A stretch of 64,000 bases of DNA from NCBI GenBank assembly GCA_902580855.1, contig CACHMF010000003.1, positions 1,147 through 65,146 of the forward strand, read 5' to 3'. The number at the start of each line of letters is the position of its first letter. The stretch's first letter is position 1. The DNA comes from an uncultured Bacteroidota bacterium (lineage in GTDB: Bacteria > Bacteroidota > Bacteroidia > Flavobacteriales > UBA7312). Shown one piece after another: positions 39,021 through 48,052 of the stretch. Both the position numbers and the translations under genes were made by a program. The notes below the pieces were generated by a model. It saw only the letters and a program-made list of their open reading frames with translations. It was not told where the DNA came from and did no database searches.

Positions 39021-39491
39021 CTATTCAGCTTTTTTAGGAGCTGCTTTCTTTGCGGTCGTTTTTTTAGTTGTTGTCTTTTTTGCTGCAGGCTTTTTAGCGG
39101 CTGTTTTTTTAGCAGCTGGTTTTGCCTTTGTTTCTTCTTTTGGTTCAGCTTTTTTCGCTGAAGTCTTTTTAGCGGCAGCTTTTTCTTCAATTTTCTGAAT
39201 AAGGATTTCAGTTAAAGCTTGGCGATGACCATTCTTTACGCGGTATCCTTTTCTTCTTTTCTTTTTGAAAACGACTACTTTGTCGCCTTTCAAGTGGCTA
39301 ACGACCTTTGCCGTTACTTTAGCACCACTGATAGCTGGGGCGCCAACCTTGATTTTGCCGTCATTGTCAATTAAAAGAACATTGTCGAATTCTACTTTAG
39401 AACCCTCTTTGTTCTCCAAACGATGAACATAAATCTGTTGGTCTTTTTCAACTTTGAACTGTTGCCCTGCTATTTCTACAATTGCGTACAT
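39021..39491 (-). CDS. rplU: 50S ribosomal protein L21 with Lys/Ala-rich C-terminal extension
   Basis: 156 aa. Residues 1-103 form a canonical L21 ([14 protein letters not shown]...). Residues 104-156 are AKK/TKK repeats. Confidence 0.93.
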   Translation of the reverse strand: MYAIVEIAGQQFKVEKDQQIYVHRLENKEGSKVEFDNVLLIDNDGKIKVGAPAISGAKVTAKVVSHLKGDKVVVFKKKRRKGYRVKNGHRQALTEILIQKIEEKAAAKKTSAKKAEPKEETKAKPAAKKTAAKKPAAKKTTTKKTTAKKAAPKKAE

Positions 39492-39532
39492 GTTAAACAG
39501 TTTTATTAATTACACTAGTTTTTAGTGGGCTG

Positions 39533-39540
39533 CAAATGTA
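39533..39540 (-). promoter_or_regulatory. -7 promoter box upstream of rplU
   Basis: TACATTTG followed by CAGCCC on the - strand, about 41 nt upstream of the rplU ATG. It shares a 15-nt identity with the tRNA-Phe promoter. Confidence 0.55.
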
Positions 39541-39569
39541 ATAATTATCTATGAAAGCACAAAAAAAAA

Positions 39570-40445
39570 CTATTGTTTGTTTACTAGATAAATTCCAGCA
39601 AAAATAATAGCTGTTCCTAAGATGTGTTGTAGAGCAATTTGTTCTCCGTCTATTACGCCCCACATAATGGCGAAAATTGGAATGAGGTAGGTAACGGAGG
39701 AAGCAAAAATAGCCGTAGTTCTGGCTACAAGTTTGTTGAAAATAGCTACAGCCATAGAAGTTCCTATAACGGCTAGTATAAAAATATATCCTAAAGCACT
39801 CCAAGCTTTTTCTTGTGTATTCATTATTTCTAAAAAGTCAGTGCTGAATAAGTGAATGAGTGTAGGAGGTCCAACAAAGAAAAAAGCTAATCCAGTAATA
39901 TGAATTGGATTCAGTTCTCCTAAGTAATTTTTAATGGTATTAAGACTGATGGCGTAGCAAATGGTTGCAACCACTACAAACCAAGCGTAGTGTGCATTTT
40001 CCATTACAACACCATCGCCAGCGACAAGCCAAATAGCACCTGTTAGTCCAATCAAAATACCTAATATGTTATACCATTTTACTTTGATTTTAAAGACAAA
40101 AACGGCAATTAATAAAGTAAATAATGGGACAAGTGCATTCAAGATTCCTGTAAGAGAGCTGTCTAATTGTGTTTGTGCCTTGGTAAATAAGAATGCGGGG
40201 ATCCCGTTACCAAAGAGCCCAACCACTGCTAGTGGAATCCAAAAATGTGCGGGTGTTTTTTTGAGTTGACTCCAGACTAAAGGAAGTAACGAAAGCCATG
40301 CTAAACTCATGCGTAAATCAGCAACTTGTGTGTAAGAAAAAATATGTAATCCTTTTTTCATTAAAATGAAAGAAGAGCCCCATATAAAGGCTAGCAAAAT
40401 CATGATGCTCCAGTTCGCTACATTACTGTTTTGTTGCATATTCAA
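39570..40445 (-). CDS. EamA/DMT family transporter
   Basis: 291 aa. About 10 TM segments arranged as two EamA-like halves. Confidence 0.8.
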   Translation of the reverse strand: MNMQQNSNVANWSIMILLAFIWGSSFILMKKGLHIFSYTQVADLRMSLAWLSLLPLVWSQLKKTPAHFWIPLAVVGLFGNGIPAFLFTKAQTQLDSSLTGILNALVPLFTLLIAVFVFKIKVKWYNILGILIGLTGAIWLVAGDGVVMENAHYAWFVVVATICYAISLNTIKNYLGELNPIHITGLAFFFVGPPTLIHLFSTDFLEIMNTQEKAWSALGYIFILAVIGTSMAVAIFNKLVARTTAIFASSVTYLIPIFAIMWGVIDGEQIALQHILGTAIIFAGIYLVNKQ

Positions 40446-40469
40446 AATTTAGCAAATATAGGTTAAGAT

Positions 40470-41534
40470 ATGATATTAAATCTCACTATTTTTGCATTAA
40501 GAAAATGTTTTAACGTGATTAAAAATAATCCCCATAAAGCGATAATATATTGGTTATTTACAGGTTGTATTTTAACTGCCGTAATGGTCATAATTGGAGG
40601 GGTTACTCGTCTTACTGAATCAGGTTTGTCTATGACTGATTGGCAATTGATAAGTGGTGCAATACCTCCATTAAATGAGGCTGATTGGCAAGAAGTATTT
40701 AATGAATATAAGCAGTTTCCTGAATATCAGAAAGTGAATAAAGGCATGTCCCTTTCGGAGTTTAAATTTATCTTTTTTTGGGAGTATTTTCATAGAGTCT
40801 TTGGAAGATTAATAGGTTTAGTATTCATTATTCCTTTTTTATTTTTTTGGTTGAGAAAAAAAATTTCTCAAAAATTAATGCCAAAAATCATCTTAATTTT
40901 TGTGCTTGGATGTTTTCAAGCTTTTTTAGGATGGTGGATGGTCAAAAGTGGTCTGGTAGATAGACCTGATGTGAGTCATTTTCGACTAGCAGCACATCTA
41001 ATTTCTGCCTTTGGATTGATTTCATATATTTTCTGGGTCATGTTGGGTTTGTATTTTCAAAAACCATTTCCTGTAAATAAAAAACTGAATCGTTGGATAA
41101 AGTTGATTTTAGTGCTTGTAGTGCTTCAAATTTTATATGGCGCTTTTGTAGCCGGTCTAAAAGCTGGCTTATTATGCCCAGTATTCCCATCCATGTGTAA
41201 TGTGGATAATCTATTGGCGGGCAACTGGACTGGAAATTTTGCTTTAGGAATGCCAGAGTATTTAGTTAAACTCAATTTGCAAAATATACATCGACTTCTT
41301 GCTTATCTAGTCTATGGTGTAATTGCGATTCTGGTTGTAAAAGCAAAAAGATGGAAGTTATCCGATATGGCAAAAAATGGATTAAATACTTTATTTTTAT
41401 TAGTCAATGTCCAATTTGTTTTGGGTGTATTTACGCTGATTTATCAAATACCTCTTTTACTTGGTGTATTACATCAGTTTGTTGCTCTTTTGTTGTTACT
41501 CTCAATTGTTTATTTGCTTAGAGTAACTAGATAA
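40470..41534 (+). CDS. ctaA: heme A synthase (COX15/CtaA family)
   Basis: 354 aa. Motif GGVTRLTESGLSMTDW plus conserved His-bearing TM helices (EYFHR, AAHL, NIHR, VLHQ). The exact start is uncertain. Confidence 0.85.
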   Translation: MILNLTIFALRKCFNVIKNNPHKAIIYWLFTGCILTAVMVIIGGVTRLTESGLSMTDWQLISGAIPPLNEADWQEVFNEYKQFPEYQKVNKGMSLSEFKFIFFWEYFHRVFGRLIGLVFIIPFLFFWLRKKISQKLMPKIILIFVLGCFQAFLGWWMVKSGLVDRPDVSHFRLAAHLISAFGLISYIFWVMLGLYFQKPFPVNKKLNRWIKLILVLVVLQILYGAFVAGLKAGLLCPVFPSMCNVDNLLAGNWTGNFALGMPEYLVKLNLQNIHRLLAYLVYGVIAILVVKAKRWKLSDMAKNGLNTLFLLVNVQFVLGVFTLIYQIPLLLGVLHQFVALLLLLSIVYLLRVTR

Positions 41535-41604
41535 TTATTTAGTAACATTTTTTAATGTGTCTACTAAGCATATGTTATATTTCTTTAGAAAAAGAATAAA
41601 AAAA

Positions 41605-41628
41605 CCCGCTCAATTGAGCGGGTTTTTT
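41605..41628. terminator. bidirectional rho-independent terminator between ctaA and groEL
   Basis: A7-CCCGCTC-AATT-GAGCGGG-T6. Confidence 0.85.
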
Positions 41629-41644
41629 ATTAAAGTAATACTTA

Positions 41645-43557
<1,913 letters not shown>

Positions 43558-43597
43558 ATCGCTTATTTAAAATTATGTTAAAACTAAAAAGCTTTTC

Positions 43598-43613
43598 AGC
43601 ACAAACTGTGCCA
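43598..43613 (-). promoter_or_regulatory. candidate sigma54 (-24/-12) promoter upstream of groES
   Basis: The - strand reads TGGCACAGTTTGTGCT against the consensus TGGCAC-N5-TTGCW. GG and GC have the exact canonical spacing. The GC lies about 41 nt upstream of the groES ATG. No TAnnTTTG box is present in this intergenic region. Confidence 0.5.
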
Positions 43614-43665
43614 AAAAGCATTAAGGATTATAATTCTGCCGAAATTTCAGTTTTTCCCGAAACCA

Positions 43666-43682
43666 TGACATAATGTATGTCA
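43666..43682. promoter_or_regulatory. perfect inverted repeat TGACATA-N3-TATGTCA (candidate enhancer/UAS or secG terminator stem)
   Basis: 7-bp arms with a 3-bp spacer. It starts 2 nt after the secG stop and is centred about 60 bp upstream of the -24 element. Confidence 0.4.
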
Positions 43683-43683
43683 A

Positions 43684-44022
43684 TTATTCTGCATCTAAAG
43701 GTCCAGGAGAAGGTAGATTAGTTGGTATTGTTTGAGTTGGTATTGGCGTTTCGTCTAATTGCTCTTGTATAGCTGAGTTGTTGATTCCTCCATCTTCTGT
43801 TCTTTCAATAGCGAGGTTGGAAAGTAGGGATAATACCAAAAGGGCAATCGCTAAATACCATGTGGATTTTTCTAAAAAGTCCGCTGTTTTCTTAACGCCC
43901 ATTACTTGGTTTCCTCCTCCAAAAGTAGCAGATAGACCGCCTCCTTTTGGATTTTGCACTAATACTACTAGTACTAATAAAATACAGGTGATGACGATTA
44001 AGATGGCAAAAATTAAATACAT
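43684..44022 (-). CDS. secG: preprotein translocase subunit SecG
   Basis: 112 aa. Two TM segments flank the GGGLSATFGG motif. Confidence 0.85.
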   Translation of the reverse strand: MYLIFAILIVITCILLVLVVLVQNPKGGGLSATFGGGNQVMGVKKTADFLEKSTWYLAIALLVLSLLSNLAIERTEDGGINNSAIQEQLDETPIPTQTIPTNLPSPGPLDAE

Positions 44023-44025
44023 ATC

Positions 44026-44739
44026 TTATTTATCTTTTAATAGTTTATCTATCAATTCAATTTGGCCTGCAAAGAAAGAACTTTTTTCCGGATATTTCAA
44101 AGAAAGCTGATGGTAGGCTAATTTAGCTTTTTCGTAATGTTCTTGCTCTAGGTAAACACGCGCTAATGTTTCGGTAACGAAAGTCATTTGATCTTCAACA
44201 CTTTTTTTAGCTTGGCTGCTAGGAGAGAAAAATTCCTCCTTTTTGGGTTTAGGTCTGTCTTTTGCAACAAATTCCTCTATTAAATTGAGTTTGTCATTCA
44301 GCGAATAGTCTTTTTTAAATGTTTTGTCTTTTCTCTCAATCGGTTTGGCTTGTGAAAGTTTTAGCCATTCACTAAAAGAATGTTTCTCCTCGTTGTCAAA
44401 TTGTAATGGTTGCCCAATTCCTAACTGCTCTTTTGCTTTCTCTTTCTCAGTAACAATTTTTTCATTTTTTTGAACAATAGGTTTTTGCTTATGTCTCTTG
44501 TCTTTTTCTGTAATGAGGTAGAATAATTGTTGTCTGTCTCCTGCGATAGCGGCAGCAAATTTAAGTTGTTTGTTAAAGTGTATGCTTTCTTGGTTATGCA
44601 AGGATTTTAGGAATAGTAATTGACTACTTTGGCAATAAGGATGTTCTTTAGTTAACTGAAGTAGCTCCTTACTTTCTATGGCGCCTAAATTTTTTGGATT
44701 GAGCATCCAATGATGATATGTTTCTTTTGTGATTACCAA
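44026..44739 (-). CDS. hypothetical protein with C-terminal TPR-like helix pair
   Basis: 237 aa and Lys-rich in the middle. C-terminus is ARVYLEQEHYEKAKLAYHQL. It lies between the lptE-like gene and secG. Confidence 0.5.
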   Translation of the reverse strand: MVITKETYHHWMLNPKNLGAIESKELLQLTKEHPYCQSSQLLFLKSLHNQESIHFNKQLKFAAAIAGDRQQLFYLITEKDKRHKQKPIVQKNEKIVTEKEKAKEQLGIGQPLQFDNEEKHSFSEWLKLSQAKPIERKDKTFKKDYSLNDKLNLIEEFVAKDRPKPKKEEFFSPSSQAKKSVEDQMTFVTETLARVYLEQEHYEKAKLAYHQLSLKYPEKSSFFAGQIELIDKLLKDK

Positions 44740-45233
44740 TTTGCAACCGATTTATTGAATATATTTTCTGAAAGTACTTGTACTATTTGGTCAATCAATT
44801 CTGTTTCTATGATAGACAGGTCTTGCGAACTGTCAAAATCAGCATAGTGCGAAAATGATTGAGAGTAGTTTTGATTTTCATCTAATCTATTAGTGAAGGT
44901 TACTTTTACACTTATTGTTAGTCTGTTTTGTGCAGCTGTTTCATTCGCTTGGATAGCTATTGGTTTTACTGTGTATGCGGTAATTTCTCCTTCGAATTGT
45001 AAATCTCCAATAGCATCCGTTAAGCTTAAGTTTGTTTGAGAAATAAACTGGTCTTTCAGGCTTTCTGTCATGATGTTACTTAAGGTGGGTTGCACCATGG
45101 AAGCATTGTTTTGGAAATAGCCAATAGAAACTGTTTCTATATCAGCAGATATAGATGCTCCGGTAAAGGAATATATTCCACATGAAATTAATGAAATGCT
45201 TGTAAAAATAAATATACCTACCTCCTTTATCAC
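44733..45233 (-). CDS. LptE-like LPS-assembly lipoprotein
   Basis: 166 aa with lipobox LISCG. Size and beta-rich sequence resemble Bacteroidota LptE family proteins. It overlaps both neighbouring genes. Confidence 0.55.
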   Translation of the reverse strand: MIKEVGIFIFTSISLISCGIYSFTGASISADIETVSIGYFQNNASMVQPTLSNIMTESLKDQFISQTNLSLTDAIGDLQFEGEITAYTVKPIAIQANETAAQNRLTISVKVTFTNRLDENQNYSQSFSHYADFDSSQDLSIIETELIDQIVQVLSENIFNKSVANW

Positions 45234-46405
45234 AGTTTATATTCTTTAATTTTTCGATAAAGGGTTCGTTCGGAAATCCCTAGTTCATCAGCTGCGTCTT
45301 TCCTTCTTCCACTATGTCTTTCAAGTGATTTTTGAATTAAAATCTTTTCATGATCTTGTAAAGTCATAATGAATTCTTTTGGTTCACGATTAGGGGCGTT
45401 AATCATTATGGAAGGATTTTCTTCTAACTCTTCATAATTACTTTGAGAGATACTTTCGCCTTCTTTATTAATAGGTTGACTTCCATTCATTAAATCAGCG
45501 GTTACTTTTTTCAAGTCGTTGAGGTCATTTTTCATATCGAACAAGACCTTATATAGAATCTCCCTTTCTGAAAAGTCGCCTTCTTTTTGTTCGTCTTTAA
45601 AAAGAATGGGAATATTTCTATTAACCTTTGGTAGATAGTTTTGTAGTTTTTCCGCAGAAATACTTCTGTTTTGCTCAACTGCAGAAATTTGTTCTGCAAT
45701 GTTTTTGAGCTGTCTGATATTTCCAGGAAAAGGGTGATTGAGTAATAAATCGACTGCATCTTCTTCCAGTCGTATTGTCGGGATGCCGTATTTATCAGCA
45801 AAGTCAGCTGCAAATTTTCTAAAAAGCAGATGCGTGTCTTCTCTTCTCTCGCGTAAAGGAGGAATCGTGATGTGAATCGTGTTTAGTCGATAGTATAAAT
45901 CTTCCCTAAACTTTCCTTTTTGAATAGCTTTGTCTAGGTTTACATTGGTTGCAGCAACTACTCGAACATCTGTTTTTTGCGATTCGCTTGAACCGACTTT
46001 CATAAACTCACCCGTTTCTAAAACACGCAGTAATCGCACTTGTGTGCTTAGTGGAAGTTCACCTACTTCATCCAAAAAAATGGTGCCGCCATCTGCTACT
46101 TCAAAATATCCTTTTCTAGTGTCATTGGCTCCTGTAAAAGCGCCTTTTTCATGTCCAAATAGTTCACTATCGATAGTTCCTTCTGGAATAGCCCCACAGT
46201 TTACGGCAATATAATTTCCATGTTTTCTCTGACTAGAATGATGGATGATTTTAGGCATTGCTTCTTTACCTGTTCCGCTTTCCCCTGTAATGAGTACAGA
46301 AATATCGGTAGGTGCTACTTGTAGTGCTACTTCAATCGCTCTATCTAGTTTAGGTGAGTTTCCTAAAATGCCAAATCGTTGTTTTATATCAGCGTGTTTA
46401 ATCAT
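45230..46405 (-). CDS. sigma54-dependent transcriptional activator (AAA+ and Fis-type HTH, no N-terminal sensor domain)
   Basis: Walker [15 protein letters not shown] is encoded at 46127-46144 (checked codon by codon). C-terminal HTH is [16 protein letters not shown]. The likely start is the ATG at 46405; the track ORF extends to 46447 and overlaps miaB. Confidence 0.9.
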   Translation of the reverse strand: MIKHADIKQRFGILGNSPKLDRAIEVALQVAPTDISVLITGESGTGKEAMPKIIHHSSQRKHGNYIAVNCGAIPEGTIDSELFGHEKGAFTGANDTRKGYFEVADGGTIFLDEVGELPLSTQVRLLRVLETGEFMKVGSSESQKTDVRVVAATNVNLDKAIQKGKFREDLYYRLNTIHITIPPLRERREDTHLLFRKFAADFADKYGIPTIRLEEDAVDLLLNHPFPGNIRQLKNIAEQISAVEQNRSISAEKLQNYLPKVNRNIPILFKDEQKEGDFSEREILYKVLFDMKNDLNDLKKVTADLMNGSQPINKEGESISQSNYEELEENPSIMINAPNREPKEFIMTLQDHEKILIQKSLERHSGRRKDAADELGISERTLYRKIKEYKL

Positions 46406-47850
46406 ACTAAACCGATTGCTTTTCCTTTTAATGTAGCGGAGGTGCATTCATACACTTCTACATTTACATACTGTCCTGCCTTGTAGTTTTCTCTTGGGAA
46501 TACAACTACTGTGTTTTGAGTATTTCTACCAAACAGTTCATTGTCTGATTTTTTTGAAACACCTTCTACCAAAATTTTATGTACTTTTCCAATTTGTTCT
46601 TGATTTCGGAAATGTGAGTGTTGCATTTGTAAATCGATGATTTCTTTTAGCCTTCTTTTCTTCACCTCTTCCGGAATATCATCCTCTAGTTTTCTTTGCG
46701 CTTGTGTATTTGGGCGTTCTGAATAGTTAAACATAAATCCGAAATCGTACTTCACATATTCCATCAAGCTTAAGGTGTCTTGATGTTCTTCTTCAGTTTC
46801 AGAACAAAATCCCGAAATGATATCCATAGAAATTCCACAATCAGGAATAATTCTTTTAATAGCGTTTACTCTGTCGATATACCATTCTCTAGTGTATCCT
46901 CTATTCATAAGTTCTAGTATTCTACTATTTCCAGACTGAACAGGAAGGTGAATATAATTGCAGATATTCTCGTGCTTTGCCATGATATGTAGCACATCAT
47001 CTGTCATATCCTTTGGGTGCGAAGTAGAAAAACGAATTCTTAATTCAGAACTTACTTGAGCTACCATATCTAGTAGTTGAGCAAAATTAACACTTTTAGC
47101 TTGTTCTTCTGGACTTAGTTTACTGAAATCTTTTTTTAGTCCTCCTCCAGACCAGAGGTAGGAGTCAACATTTTGTCCCAATAGTGTTACTTCTTTGTAG
47201 CCATCTGTAAATAATTGCTCGCATTCATTTAAAATTGATTCTGGATCCCTACTTCTTTCTCTACCTCTAGTAAAAGGTACCACGCAGAATGAGCACATGT
47301 TGTCGCATCCACGCATTATAGAGACAAATGCAGTGATTCCGTTTCCTCCCAATCGTACAGGACTAATTTCAGCATATGTTTCTTCTTTGGAAAGAATAAC
47401 ATTTACAGCTTTTCTTCCTTCGTCAACCTCTCCAATTAAATTAGGTAAATCTCTGTAAGCATCAGGTCCTACAACAATGTCAACTAATTTTTCTTCTTCT
47501 AGGAATTTTTCTTTTAAGCGTTCGGCCATACATCCCAAAACACCTACTACCATTCTTGGATTTTGTTTTTTCTTTATTGCATTGTAAACTTTCAAACGAT
47601 TTCGAACAGTTTGTTCTGCTTTTTCTCGAATAGAACAGGTGTTTACAAAAACAACGTCTGCTTCTTCAATATTAGGCGTTGTTGAAAATCCCTCATTAGT
47701 AAGGATTGAAGCAACAATTTCGCTATCCGAAAAATTCATTTGACAGCCGTAACTTTCAATATATATTTTTCTTCCGCTTTTTGATGCGTTAATTAGCTTT
47801 AAAGCTTCTCCTTGCCTTTCTTCTTCAATTACTTTATCTATCATGTTCAA
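46402..47850 (-). CDS. miaB: tRNA-i6A37 methylthiotransferase MiaB
   Basis: 482 aa. UPF0004 N-terminus ([10 protein letters not shown]), radical SAM motif [11 protein letters not shown], and a TRAM C-terminus. Confidence 0.93.
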   Translation of the reverse strand: MNMIDKVIEEERQGEALKLINASKSGRKIYIESYGCQMNFSDSEIVASILTNEGFSTTPNIEEADVVFVNTCSIREKAEQTVRNRLKVYNAIKKKQNPRMVVGVLGCMAERLKEKFLEEEKLVDIVVGPDAYRDLPNLIGEVDEGRKAVNVILSKEETYAEISPVRLGGNGITAFVSIMRGCDNMCSFCVVPFTRGRERSRDPESILNECEQLFTDGYKEVTLLGQNVDSYLWSGGGLKKDFSKLSPEEQAKSVNFAQLLDMVAQVSSELRIRFSTSHPKDMTDDVLHIMAKHENICNYIHLPVQSGNSRILELMNRGYTREWYIDRVNAIKRIIPDCGISMDIISGFCSETEEEHQDTLSLMEYVKYDFGFMFNYSERPNTQAQRKLEDDIPEEVKKRRLKEIIDLQMQHSHFRNQEQIGKVHKILVEGVSKKSDNELFGRNTQNTVVVFPRENYKAGQYVNVEVYECTSATLKGKAIGLV

Positions 47851-47878
47851 CTAATGTTGCTGCAACCAATTTAGTTCG

Positions 47879-47886
47879 CAAAAATA
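47879..47886 (-). promoter_or_regulatory. -7 promoter box upstream of miaB
   Basis: TATTTTTG on the - strand ends 28 nt upstream of the miaB ATG. Confidence 0.4.
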
Positions 47887-47939
47887 CAAAACTCTTCAAA
47901 ACTGACAATTTGGCAGAAATTATTTTTTTTAAAAAAACA

Positions 47940-47959
47940 TTATATTATATATAATATAA
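47940..47959. repeat. perfect 20-bp A/T-only palindrome
   Basis: TTATATTATATATAATATAA was verified position by position. It is preceded by a T8A7 tract at 47923-47937, in the divergent miaB/topA intergenic region. Confidence 0.9.
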
Positions 47960-48052
47960 GTGCTTTTGAGTAATGTCAGTCGTTTGGAACTTATAGAAAT
48001 TCTTGTTTTTCTTTGCAGTGAAAATCAATGTTCATATATTAATAAGTGTTAA

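Noticed and set aside
39005-39190. 61-aa K/Q/L-rich ORF on the - strand overlapping the 3' end of rplU
   Set aside because: It is an alternative reading frame of the repetitive AAG/AAA-rich DNA that encodes the L21 Lys/Ala tail. The L21 frame is contiguous with a canonical L21 core, so this ORF is an artefact of the repeat.
39493-39804. 103-aa - strand ORF spanning the rplU promoter region and the 3' end of the EamA transporter gene
   Set aside because: It overlaps the well-supported 10-TM EamA ORF in another frame and runs through the promoter-like TTACATTTGCAGCCC element. Its Cys/Tyr/Arg-rich translation has no protein-like features.
43558-43683. CIRCE (HrcA) operator or a housekeeping TAnnTTTG promoter upstream of groES
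   Set aside because: I looked for TTAGCACTC-N9-GAGTGCTAA and for TAnnTTTG on the - strand of this spacer and found neither. The only strong motifs present are the sigma54-like element and the TGACATA palindrome, which are reported as findings.
47851-48052. Replication origin at the miaB/topA strand switch
   Set aside because: The spacer is only 202 bp. I see no DnaA-box-like sequences (TTATCCACA or TGTGGATAA), and no dnaA, dnaN or other origin-linked genes are nearby. The gene-orientation switch alone is insufficient, and GC skew was not computed.
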